Below are positions 24,226 to 36,228 of a stretch of 64,000 nt of DNA, in pieces. The notes under the pieces were generated by a model, which did no database searches, had not been told where the DNA came from, and worked only from the letters and a program-made list of their open reading frames with translations. Location: NCBI RefSeq assembly GCF_006345805.1, contig NW_021832548.1, forward strand, positions 9,055 to 73,054, given 5' to 3'. The translations under genes and the position numbers were made by a program. Source of the DNA: Octopus sinensis. Taxonomy: Eukaryota. Each line of letters starts with the position of its first letter. The stretch's first letter is position 1.

Positions 24226-24726
24226 ATATATATATATATACAAGCCACTACGGTTATTTAATGTAAAGTCTTCCTCAAATCACTCTCGCTATTTACTCTC
24301 TTCCAAGAACATTTTCACTCACTCTTATCTCTTAGCTTGCCATACATTTTACTCATGTATCTATCAGCGTGATAGACAGAAACAAATATTACATCGCCAT
24401 CCCCATCGCCATCGCATTCTTTTGTCTACCTGTCAACACACTCACAGTGAATTAGTTTCATTTTATTCGTTGCACACTGTGTGTGCGTTTGCGTGTGCTG
24501 TAAACCAGACTAAGAAAAGCATTTGACATACACACCAGAATGTGAGTTTTCTGTAAATTTTGCTTAATTGGAGTTTAAAATTTAAAAACTGGACCTGGCA
24601 TGACCCGATGCATTCTACTCTTAAAAATGCTAGGTAAATTGTAATTGAAGAAATCCTATATTGTAGATTTCTATAAGTGACAAAGGGAGGCAGATAAAAT
24701 CTGCCTTTTATAATAAGATTATAATA

Positions 24727-24763
<37 letters not shown>

Positions 24764-25050
24764 GTCGAATTTATCTGTAAATGTAATATGTGCGAATTAT
24801 TCGGTAGACATGATAAAACTCCGAGAAAAAAAAAACAGAGGGTTAAGAGTAAAAATACAGAAAAAAGGCATAAGGGAGTATACAAAGAGTAAACCACGTC
24901 TATATACGCACATACACTTATACACGCGCACACACACGCCTATATGCGCACATACCTGCACACGTCTATACACGCACACACACCATCAATGGAACTATAC
25001 TCAAAGAACTTTTGGAGAAAATTACAGACCTGATTAAGCGCATGAGATGG

Positions 25051-25120
25051 AAGGTATTATCCATATAAATCAAATGGGGTGATTATAATCGCCCCATTTG
25101 ATTTATATGGATAATACCTT
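25051..25120. repeat. 70-bp palindrome (one T:G mismatch, no loop)
   Basis: AAGGTATTATCCATATAAATCAAATGGGGTGATTA|TAATCGCCCCATTTGATTTATATGGATAATACCTT; identical at 57549-57618. Confidence 0.95.
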
Positions 25121-25134
25121 ACTAAACTCTGGTA

Positions 25135-25164
<30 letters not shown>

Positions 25165-25168
<4 letters not shown>

Positions 25169-26218
25169 AAGAAGAAAAAATGGAGTTAACGCAGGTGTAA
25201 AAATCTCTTGCAAATTATATCTTCTCATAATAACAAACTGTTAAATATTAATACATTTACTAATACTAACATTAATTTAGCTAATACCATCCAACCCTCT
25301 AGAAATATTAATAACAAGGTTATTGTATCTGAAGTCAATTCCAATAGAATTAAGTTTATGTCAAGTAACTCTAAGATTAAAAATTCTATATACCAGTGTA
25401 TAATCAGTACTCGTAATAAAGTACTATTTTACATTGGAAGCACATCGTTAGAGTTATCTAAAAGAATTTCTATCCATTACTCAACATTTAGGGATAGAAA
25501 TAAACGGAATAGTACCGGTCTCAGCAAACTGATTTGGGACTTAAAAGACCACAATGAACAATTTCATTTAGAATGGTTGATCCTCTCAATTTCGATACCA
25601 TATCACAAAGGCAAGAAATTCTGTCTTCTCTGCAATTCTGAGCTATTTTTCATTATTTTTTCTAAAAATACTCTAGTAAACACGGTTATAGAGCGAGCAT
25701 ACAGATATAGGCATTGGCAAAAACATACATTTAGTGCATATAAGTAGTCTCTATCATTATATATAATTTAAACTTTAATTTCCTTTATATTTAACATTCA
25801 CTATTAATATCCCTACTCTTTCTGTTAGCTACTTATTACGTTATATCATATAACGTTTTTTAAACAATATTAATAGCGTTCTGTCTATCGCTATACAAAT
25901 CCATCAATATTTGCTAAAATGTCGTATTGACGAGTTTCGTTTTTTTCACTTTCCCGAAGAGAAGATTGCATTGTTTATACCATTTATTCTTTTGAATAGT
26001 ATCAGTGGAATTTTCGAAACATGTGTCGAAAGTAAAAATATTTGTTTGCACCTGCGTTAACTCCATTTTTTATTCATATTATTCAAATATTCAACGTAAA
26101 CACGAAGTTTCTACCTTTATAAACAAGGAGTTACAACACCTTTACTTGTGAGATTTTTGATGCCCTGGTAACTATTTATTTATTTTTCCGTGTTAATTGT
26201 TAACAAGGTAAAAATACA

Positions 26219-26220
<2 letters not shown>
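25165..26220 (+). mobile_element. 5'-truncated Penelope-like element: GIY-YIG endonuclease, 3' pLTR and inverted terminal copy
   Basis: ORF 25208-25747 (IYQC..FYIGST..RISIH..TGLSKLIWDLK..CLLCNSE); 23-nt inverted repeat AAAAAATGGAGTTAACGCAGGTG at about 25175 and 26049-26071; inserted in (TA)n, with an empty site at 57640-57670. Confidence 0.88.
25948..26033 (+). ncRNA. Type I hammerhead ribozyme in a PLE 3' pLTR (U4C variant)
   Basis: ACTTTC-CCGAAGA-GAAGATT..AATTTTC-GAAA-C-ATGT-GTC-GAAAGT; 6-bp stem I, GUC site at 26025-26027. Confidence 0.65.
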
Positions 26221-26316
<96 letters not shown>

Positions 26317-26322
26317 TATTAT

Positions 26323-26353
<31 letters not shown>

Positions 26354-26512
26354 TAATATATATATATATAATATATATATATATAATATATATATATATA
26401 ATATATATAATATATATATATATAATAATAATAATATTAGGGAGTATGGCTCCAAACTTACAGGGAAAAATTACATTAGGATTAAATCAAATTTCACAGT
26501 ATAAATATATAA

Positions 26513-26590
26513 AATATGAATTAGAGATAAAACCACTATTAGGCAACTCAAACAGTTTGAGTTGCCTAATAGTGGTTTTATCTCTAATTC

Positions 26591-26595
<5 letters not shown>
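26513..26595. repeat. Perfect palindrome, 41-bp arms, 1-nt spacer
   Basis: AATATGAATTAGAGATAAAACCACTATTAGGCAACTCAAAC-A-reverse complement; 40-bp version at 57763-57843. Confidence 0.95.
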
Positions 26596-26629
<34 letters not shown>

Positions 26630-26634
<5 letters not shown>

Positions 26635-29017
26635 ATTTTATTTTATTTTATCTAGTTTTAGCTCACGAGCTGTGGCCATGCTGGGGCACCGCAATTTGGT
26701 GTTGCTACATGATTTTACTTCACGAATGCTTTTTAGCTATTGCCATTTGGTGCATGAGAGAGTTCGATGCAGCTGTCCTCATCTGCACCTCCTGCCGTGA
26801 AGTTGGTTCATCTTGGACACCTGGCAGGAAGAGATCCAGTTTTATTTTAAAGACATCTGCATCCACCCCATGCAGGTCTCTCAGGTTCTTCGGGAGGATA
26901 TTGAAGAGCTGTGGGCCTCTGAAGCCCAGGCTATCACAGTATCTTGTCCTACATCTTGATGGTAAATTTGGAGTCCTTGGCACTATGCAGTGGCGCCCAG
27001 TTCTGGTATTTGTGTAACTCCCGATGCCAAAGTTTAGGACAAGTCCTTCTAGGATCTTCCAGATGTATATTATGGCATGTCTTTCTCGCCTACGCTCTAA
27101 GGAATAGAGACTTAATCTCTTGAGTCTTTCCCAGTAGCTTATATGCTGCACAGAGGCTATCTTCTTCGTGTAGCTTCGTTGGATCGCCTCAAGTTCTGTG
27201 ATTAACTTGACACTGGATGGTGACCATAGCTGAGAGCAATAGTCAAAGTGGTTTAGGACAAGTGTCCTCCAGAGAACCATCATGGTTTCCTGGTCTCTTG
27301 TTCTAAAGGTTCTAAGAATTCATCCGGTCAGCCGCCTACATTTCATTGCCAATTTAGCAACATGCACATGAAAGGTTGCATCATCACTCATGTAAATACC
27401 CAGGTCTCGCACTGATTGTGCTTCTGGGATTGCAATCCCTCCAGGTCCAGTGTATTTATTGGGTATTGCATTTAGTTTTGCAAGCTGATAGCATAAAGCT
27501 TGAAACTTTTCAGCATTGAACTGCATGTTATTCTTTTCAGCCCACTTGTATATTTTGTCCAGCTCACATTGCAGGTGCTTAGTGTCTTCAGGGTTCTGTA
27601 TTGCCTGTGAAACTTTTGTATCATCTGCATAACTTGTGATCGTGACTCTCTGCGTGGCTGAGGGCATGTCTGAGAGGGCCATTATGAACAGTAGTGGTCC
27701 CAAAACAGTGCCTTGCGGAACACCGCTCACTATTTGCGTGTTAATGGAAGTGGCCCCATTGGCTACTACCACCTGACTTCTATCTTTCAGAAAGTCATGA
27801 AGCCATTCTCCCAATTTTCCAACTATGCCAAGATCACGCAGTTTGTGACATATCATTCCATGATCGACTTTATCAAAGGCCTTTGCAAAGTCGAGATATA
27901 TCACTTCCACATTTGAGTGGTTGAGCAGTCGTTTCAGCACCCAGTCATAGTGTTGTAGGAGCTGAGTTAAGCAGCTTCTTCTTGGTCGGAAACCATGTTG
28001 GGTGTCAGGCAGCAAGTCATTTTCTTCAAGGAAGGTGATTAGTTTCCTTCTGACTATTCGTTCCATGACCTTGCTGATGTGTGAGGTCAGAGAGATAGGT
28101 CTGTAGTTCTTGGCCTCCGCTCTGCTACCTCCTTTATGAATAGGGCATATTTTACCTTCCTTCAGTTTTCTTTGAAGTTTGCCAGTTGCAAGGAAGCTCT
28201 GAAAGAGGAACTGCAGTGGTCTTGCTAGGACTCTCTTACATACTTTTAGAAGGATTGCTGGGAATCCATCGGGGCCAGTTGCTGAGTTTGCTTTCATTTC
28301 ATCTATAGCCTTTATTACATCGTCTTCCTTTATATTGATGTATTCAATCATCGCTGCCTCTGATTTTATATCTGCAGTGGTGAAGAAGTCAGTTGGATTG
28401 CTGACTTGAAAATGCCCTAGGGGTGGAGTGAAAATACACTTGAATCGCTCATTTAGTATTTCACTTATCCTCAATGGATTTCCTGTGAGTGTGCCATCCT
28501 TTTCAAGGAATTGCCCTATCGTACAGTGCACCGTAGCTGTTTCTTTGGCATACCTGTGGAAAGCTCTGGGGTTAGATATAATGTTGTCTATAGCCCAGGC
28601 TTCTTTGTCTGCTCTTTCTTTTTCATGGGAGAGTTGCAGACATTTTTCAATTTCCAACAGTTTTATTTTCAGGCGGGAATTTTCACTGCTTTCAATTAGT
28701 TTGTTTAGGCGACTTGAAACTTTTGTACGCCGTCTCATTAGAATTTTCCTCTCTCTGGGGATTTTGTTCTTGTGTACAGTGGCCTTTCTCTCTGGGACAC
28801 ATTTGTAGTATATGGCTTGCATTACATACATGAATTGTTGGAGTTTCATGTCGATGTCTGGCGAGGAGAGACATTCAGGCCAGTTTTGGTTGAGGATCGC
28901 TTTCTCAATTTGTTTCCAGTTTGCATTATAGAAGTTCAAGCTGGAAAGATTCTGAGAGTTTCTTGTAGACTGCATGTCCATGCTTTCCTTTGGCCCGTAC
29001 ATGGTCTGCTCTACAAT
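26630..29017 (-). mobile_element. CR1-clade LINE, 5'-truncated, RT nearly intact
   Basis: ORFs 27320-29083 and 26720-27283 are in one frame separated by a single TGA (probably TGG); NYRPISLTS, QHGFRP, YLDFAKAFDKVDH, GVPQGTVLGPLLF, YADD, YCSQLWSP and YSLERRR; (TAAAA)n tail. Confidence 0.95.
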
Positions 29018-29415
29018 ATATATATATATATATATTGTAGCCCACGGTGCCGACTCCTTTAATATGCTTGTATATCCAACCAAATACAGTATAGATCAGC
29101 AGATAAATGACCTCCACGAAGCAACAAGAGTGAGTGGCAGAAATTTCAACGTTATGTCTGCAAACCCGAAGGGTCAGTGGGTAAGGTGATGCTGGTTGAC
29201 GGCTGAGGCTGGAGATAACTCAGTTGCCAGATTCAGCATCATTGACGTATGTTCGCTTACCGAATATATTTATGGTAGGAGGAATTGGGAACTTTCAAAG
29301 GATCCAGTGGAGGGGAACGCCAATCAACTAAGCAGAATTATGAGATATTCGGATGAAGAAACAGTGAGCCTGTTGCTAAGCACAATGTCAGAATTCGAAG
29401 AGATGAACGTACCGT

Positions 29416-29860
29416 GGATCTTTGCGGTTTGAACGGCAGTCTTTTCTAGCGGTGTCATACGAAATTGTCACCCATAATTATGACCCTAGTATCGATCTAT
29501 TGCATTTCAATCTGTTTAAGGTTTAGGGTTAGTTAGGGTTAGTTAGGGTTAGGCTTAGGGGTGGGGGGAAGGGTATCTTTTTTATCTTCAGAAATGTAAA
29601 TAAACCCAATCTGTTTCTTAAACGAGGGACATATTCATACGGCACATAATGTTTTCACCTCAATAGACGTCATTGATTGGTTGAAATTTCAGAAATTGAA
29701 GAAAAAAACACAACAAATATCTTACAAACTGTAGAATTTTCTCAATAAAGTCAAGAGAAAAAGATGTTTTATAAACACATTCTACCAGTATACGAAGTTT
29801 AAAAGTGTTTAGTTACGTGGAAATTATTTTAAAGAACTGCCGTTCAAACCGAAAAGATCC
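29416..29860. mobile_element. Merlin-like MITE with internal TTAGGG repeats
   Basis: TIRs GGATCTTTGCGGTTTGAACGGCAG / CTGCCGTTCAAACCGAAAAGATCC; 8-bp TSD CGTACCGT/CATACCGT. Confidence 0.65.
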
Positions 29861-30906
29861 CATACCGTTTCATTTCCAATCCCTTGTGTAGCAGCAATCC
29901 AGACTGTTAGGGGAGTGGAGTAAATCCTTTTTTTCTCAACTGCCAGGATAACCTTACAATGAAGAAGGAGCTTCGATAAGGTAGAAATCCTGATAAGCCT
30001 ACCACTCCCGACGATCCCCTTTGGCATGAATCAACCGAGTCGGAAGAATGCTTAGGAAGCTGTTCAAGCAGCTAGGTCAGCAAGGTCAGCTAGGTCATCC
30101 AGTGTCCAGTGTAGCGTCATATTGAAAAATCTATTAGAAAAATACCAAACAAATGTAGTAAAAAAAAGAAAATGTCTTGACTGTTCTTCTCTTTTTGTTC
30201 TCTCTCTCTCACCTTCTCTCCTCTTACGCTCATTCTCTCTATATTTGTCCCTTTCACTCCCTCCCTCTCTCTTTTCCATGACGTTCTTCTTAATCTTTTA
30301 CTGTAACTCCTTCTTGCCAATCTTCCTTCTTCTCTCCCTTTCTTACTTTCATATCCTTATAACTTTCCCTCACTTTCCTCTCCCGCGTCCTAAGTCGGCG
30401 TCTTTTTCTTAATCACAATACTTCTTTCACCCAATCTCTCACTACTTCGAAATTCTCTATCTTTCTTTTCATCCTTGTATGTGTATATGCAGAAAAGAGA
30501 AAGGGAGAGAAACAGACAGACAGAGAGAGGGAGAAAGAGAAAGATAGGGAGAGAAAAAGAATGAAACAGGAAGACGGGACTTTCAGTTCACTCACACTTC
30601 AAGTTGGAGTTGCGTTTTTCTCTCTAAGTCTGTTATGTTTGGCCTTTTCGATTACGCTATTTGTAAGAGATATCTTTTCGTAAAATTTCTGCTTTCTGGA
30701 AGCCGACAATCATTTCTCCTCCTGCCTTATACCTGTCGCACAAGATCAATAATGTTGTTAGTTATGATGTTACTGATGTCTTCTTACACCTCGGCCTGTA
30801 AGTTAATATTAAGAAACATAATATTTTTTTCTGTTACAACACTGAATATTCTTCTCTTAGATAACATGCTTTCATCTTCGAAAGACACAGTATACACACA
30901 CGCACG

Positions 30907-30943
<37 letters not shown>

Positions 30944-30984
30944 TAACTACACACCGACATACACTTTTCAACAGCGTCACCACA

Positions 30985-31222
30985 AATACCTATTTCTTTA
31001 CTGCCCTCAAGGGGCTACACACAGAGAGAGGACAAACAAGCAGAGACATAGGTATTAAGTCGATTACAACGACCGCAGTGCGAAACTGGTACTTTATTTA
31101 TCGACCCTGAAAAGATGAAAGGCAAAGTCGACCTCGGCGGAATTTGAACTCAGAACGTAACGGCAGATGAAATACGGCTACGCATTTCGCCCGGCGTGTT
31201 AACGTTTCTGCCAGCTCGCCAC
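30985..31222 (-). mobile_element. OK-like SINE
   Basis: Reverse complement of the 3965 family. Confidence 0.85.
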
Positions 31223-31987
31223 AAATACCATAATACGAACAACACAACACACTGTTTAATTCAGTACACACACCACACACCATCATGCACACTCTCACAC
31301 CCACACAAACACATAATATCTGAACACAGAGAATATATAGATACACACGCAACACACATAAACACGCATAACACGCATTGACACGGATAACATTCGCTAC
31401 AAAAATACACTATAGATGTGCACACTATTTGATTACAGATAAACACACACACACACCACACACACACACACATACACACGTGCACACACTACCTGAATAA
31501 GCTCACATGAACGGCTACACGTGCAACACAACAGACACACGCGCACACAGAGACGTTAGCTTCACACATATACACACATCCATATGCACACACACACACG
31601 TCCATATGCACACACACACACGTCCATATGCACGCACACACACATACAGAGGGATACACAAAACGCACATTTCTCCACACAACACATACACTAGGTTAAT
31701 TTTACACAAACACACACACACCACACATACATATATACATACATATATGCATACATACATACATACATACATACATACATACGTACATACGCACGTACAT
31801 ACATACATACATACATACGTACATACATACATACATACATACATACATACATACATACATACATACATACATACGTACATATCCCGTTCTGTCTGTGTTT
31901 GTAAAAGTGTATAAAGACAGTATTTTTCAACTGATTTCCTCCAAACTGCGAACGTACATTACTTATGTTCCAGGGATGGCTTTAGAC

Positions 31988-32206
31988 CAATAGTTTTCAA
32001 CCAGGGTTCCGCGGAACCTTACGGTTCCACCAGCACACTCCAGGGGTTCCACAAAATGTTACAAAACTGCTAAAATCGGCAGTAATTTTTTATTCTCCTG
32101 TGCAGATATGTGTGCATCAGACTATTAAATTATTGCACAGGGGTTCCTCGAGCCAGTGGAATGTTTCCTTGGGGTTCCGCTCCAGCAAAAAGTTTGAAAA
32201 GCACTG
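31988..32206. mobile_element. hAT (Charlie-like) MITE
   Basis: TIRs CAATAGTTTTCAACC / GTTTGAAAAGCACTG; TSD CTTTAGAC on both sides. Confidence 0.82.
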
Positions 32207-32718
32207 CTTTAGACTCTTAAAATTCTCACATAGTCAGTAGCGTACCCCTTGGGAGCACAAAAATTAGATACAACCGTACGCACACACTCACACCAACCAG
32301 TACGTGGAATGCATGTCACTTCACATAATGTACACACTGACACACAGAAGTCAACATAATTTTCAGCTAACCCACTCACACACTAGCATCCATTCTCATA
32401 AACACATTCACAGACACCGTCCTCCCAAACACACATGCGCTTGTGCACCTAAGATCCTTGGATATTACCGTTATCGTTATGATTATTATCTCGCTTTCAT
32501 TCAACCTCTATTTTCCGGTCATCTCGCCATGTTGGACAATTTTTCTGTGCACTTCCGTTTCTTTCCCAATTTTCTTTATTCTTTCACAGTTGTCATCATT
32601 CTCTCTCCATTTTTTTTCCTCTTAATCCTTTCTGTCGAAAAGCATAGGCTCGAGACTTAAAAGACTTTTGCTTTCATCCCGAGCGTTAAAATAATACACC
32701 TGCTGTCTTCGTCTTCTG

Positions 32719-32765
<47 letters not shown>

Positions 32766-32772
32766 ATATATA

Positions 32773-32905
32773 TTAAGGTATGTAGAAAAATACAACATGG
32801 ACAAGAACGTATAACTCTTAGAAGACGATACAATAAACATGGACAGGACATTCGAACCCCTCAGTCTTCAGTCAAGAACCGGATCATCGTAGTAATTTCG
32901 GCTGA

Positions 32906-32910
<5 letters not shown>
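32773..32910 (-). mobile_element. Short PLE pLTR-like insertion in (TA)n, specific to copy B
   Basis: Absent from the matching (TA)n tracts in copy A (about 2270-2335) and copy C (about 62890-62930). Confidence 0.6.
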
Positions 32911-32947
<37 letters not shown>

Positions 32948-33227
32948 ATATATATATGATATTAGCCGGTGTTTTTCAAACGATGAGTAGCTTTGCTTAA
33001 AGCATGGATCGTTTTGTTCTCTTACTTGTTATCATCTTATAATCACCTCATAATAATGACTTTTATGACTCGTATTACTACCTCAGTCAATCTAAGTGTA
33101 TATATTTGTCGTTACCTGTCAGAAATAGCCTTTTTCTATTTGCAATGTGCATTTTCGTAGATTTTTCATATTTTACTCTTACATTTCAACGTGTATTTTA
33201 TATTTTCTTTTTATAACATATTTCTAC

Positions 33228-33271
<44 letters not shown>

Positions 33272-33276
33272 GTGTG

Positions 33277-33317
<41 letters not shown>

Positions 33318-33449
33318 AAGTTCAGCAAAATTTAGATCCAGATGAATATGGTACTTAAGTTAAAGGCACCAGAATTTGGTATGGTATTATCCATATAAAT
33401 CAAATGGGGTGATTATAATCAAAATAAGCAACAAGGATATCCAAGGTAG

Positions 33450-33537
33450 TGTAGTACAATCGTTTCGTGCTACTTCATTTTATTAAACACTGTAAGTATT
33501 ACGTCAGTTGTTAAATGTCGAGCAATCTTCAGCCACA
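33450..33537 (-). ncRNA. Type I hammerhead ribozyme motif (copy B)
   Basis: TGTGG-CTGAAGA-TTGCT..AGCAC-GAAA-C-GATT-GTA-CTACA on the minus strand. Confidence 0.55.
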
Positions 33538-34233
33538 TATAGAAGTTTTTTTTTTAATTAAATGGACAATGTACATATTTATACTTATTTCATTTGCCAA
33601 CATTACAAAGAGGGTAGATATATAGACAGAGAGGTTAATTTCATCATTAAGAACGTGGTGGTAGTATGTCCTTCTCCATTGGTAGATTTCTTATCACTGA
33701 GTTCACTTTGCTACTTAGATCTATCAGTGGGGAGGGGGTTTCTTATCTTGGTTCAATGAAGACAAACAAGAATTTTCTATTTATTGATAGGGGAAGGGGT
33801 AGTACAAATTTCAAAACCATAAATCCATCCTTATTATGAAGAATTTAACTTAAGCATATTTGAATGTATTTTAGCAAAAGTTTGTAGGCTGAAGTGTATG
33901 GTTTTGACATTTGTACTACCCTTTCCTCTATCTATAAATGTTAACATTTAACATTATTGACCGAGGTTACCGGGGTATTTTCCGAAAGCTTTTCTCTCCA
34001 CGGATAAACCCTATTTACTTTCCCCCTTACACTTTACATCATGACATTACTGGGATACACGATCCCTATTGATCGTTATTTTTCTTTCTTTCCCTTTTAC
34101 GATCCCTTTTGATCGAAAACCTACCCCACTTTTTTGTTTTCCCCCCATAAAGAACAGCTCTACTTTGTAATCTGTCCCGTCTGTGTGCAGCCCTGTGTAG
34201 CTAATAAAGAAACATATCTATATATCTATTCAC

Positions 34234-34343
<110 letters not shown>

Positions 34344-34502
34344 CAAAAAGAGAAAATGGAGAAACATACCTAAATCAATCATCAACCATCAGATAATATC
34401 CAATCAATACTTTATTAAACCATTACACAACAGCAATGATATTATACATTAATATAGTACAAATATAACTAGACATTGAAATAGAAATAGAAAATACATT
34501 TA

Positions 34503-34628
34503 CATTGTAGCTGACAGCTGTTTCGGCCGTGAAGACAGGTGTGTCCCATTTAACCTATTAGCCATAAAGCAGGTAAAAATGAGACAATGACAAGAATGTC
34601 TCTCGGCCTCTTCAGAGAATTTAATGCA
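34503..34628 (-). ncRNA. Type I hammerhead ribozyme near the PLE 3' end
   Basis: CT-CTGAAGA-GGCCG[long insert]CGGCC-GAAA-C-AGCT-GTC-AG; perfect palindrome ACAGCTGT in stem III; stem I is short and interrupted. Confidence 0.6.
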
Positions 34629-34897
34629 AGTATGAAAAAAATTTACATATAAATACAAATATGTGTGCATACACACTCATATTCCTACATATATATATAT
34701 ATATACACAATAATACAATATAAACAATATAAATCAATATACATTTACAAACACAACAATGTTCCATATTGAACTCCACAGTTCTATAACCAACATCAAG
34801 GAAATACAACACGTACACTCACATTTAAAGCAGGCATATATATTGAACAGTCCAATCTATTAAAATGTGTCACCCCACAAAAGTCAATAAAATTAAT

Positions 34898-34936
<39 letters not shown>

Positions 34937-36163
34937 CACGATTGTACCATCCAAAGCAAGTGGACATCCACATATATACTCTATCAGTTGAATTCCTCTG
35001 CCCGCATGGTATTGATTTTCATAGATAGATTCGATTGGCTTATAGTTTTAAATTTGAATCACAATGGAAATTTTACGGTTAGTTAGCCAGGAAACATACA
35101 CACGCGCACGCACATCCACAAATCGTGCGCACATACATACATAGTTATATGTATATACACACACACCCACACACATACACACAGACATACCCACATACAC
35201 AACCAAATCATAAATAAATAAATAATATAATAGGTTGTATCGCAACTATACACATGCAAAACAGAGGAACTCAACCGATTGCACATACATGCATGCAGAC
35301 ATCCAGCCACCCCGGACGACACCATGGCCGTGGTATTAACTAAGTATTTACAAATAGATCCACTCACATATTTCCATAAAACAGTAAATGCAATCATACA
35401 TATAATTATATCCAGATAGAGAGTGTAATTTGTCATAAGGTACTTAATTCATATGACACCGTATTTTCCGTAAACATAATATTTTATAACTAAAAATGAC
35501 CGCAAACTTTACCGCTATGTTTTATTCAACATTCGCTAAATTATAAAGTATAGAATACCCGTTTCTGTTTGTCTATCCAAAGACATAAAAATATATATAT
35601 ACTAAGTTAACATCGGTTTATAATAATTAAATTATAAGAAATTAATTGTAAAAAGTCAAAATACGCTAATATTCTAAGATATATAATCAAAATAACTCCT
35701 TATAGCTTATACAGATAGCATCCCTACGTAAGAAATCCAGTATTATTACAATACTAATATTTTCCTATTTAAACCCTCACCAACGAACTAATAGAATTAC
35801 ACTAACATCTACATGTCCATATGTATACTCATGTGTAACAACAGACATATACATACACACCATATATTTTCACATATGATGTGCGTGTAAACATTCGTAG
35901 TACTTATATATATATATTTGTAAGTATCAGTGGACACATAAATACATATATAATAATTAACAGGATTTAGCATTAAATAATATCAGTGGACATATAAATA
36001 CCTATAAAGCAATTAACAGGACTTACCAATAAATAGTATATAAGTAAATAACAATAAATTAAATTAATTATAAGTTAATAATTGTAATTACTTAAAATTA
36101 AAATGTAATAAAATAAAATAAGATGAAATAATTAAAATTAAAATTAAGATATAAGTAAAAGCT

Positions 36164-36228
<65 letters not shown>

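Noticed and set aside
23327-26595. Palindromes and tandem units as a CRISPR array or bacterial terminators
   Set aside because: The DNA is eukaryotic with spliceosomal introns and SINEs; there is no regular repeat-spacer periodicity and no cas genes.
29520-29560. Telomere or chromosome-fusion remnant (TTAGGG)
   Set aside because: The repeats are short, imperfect and internal to a TIR/TSD-bounded MITE present in three copies.
32840-32885. Possible minus-strand hammerhead CTGAAGACTGAGGGGTTCGAATGTC
   Set aside because: It lacks GAAA and a convincing stem II.
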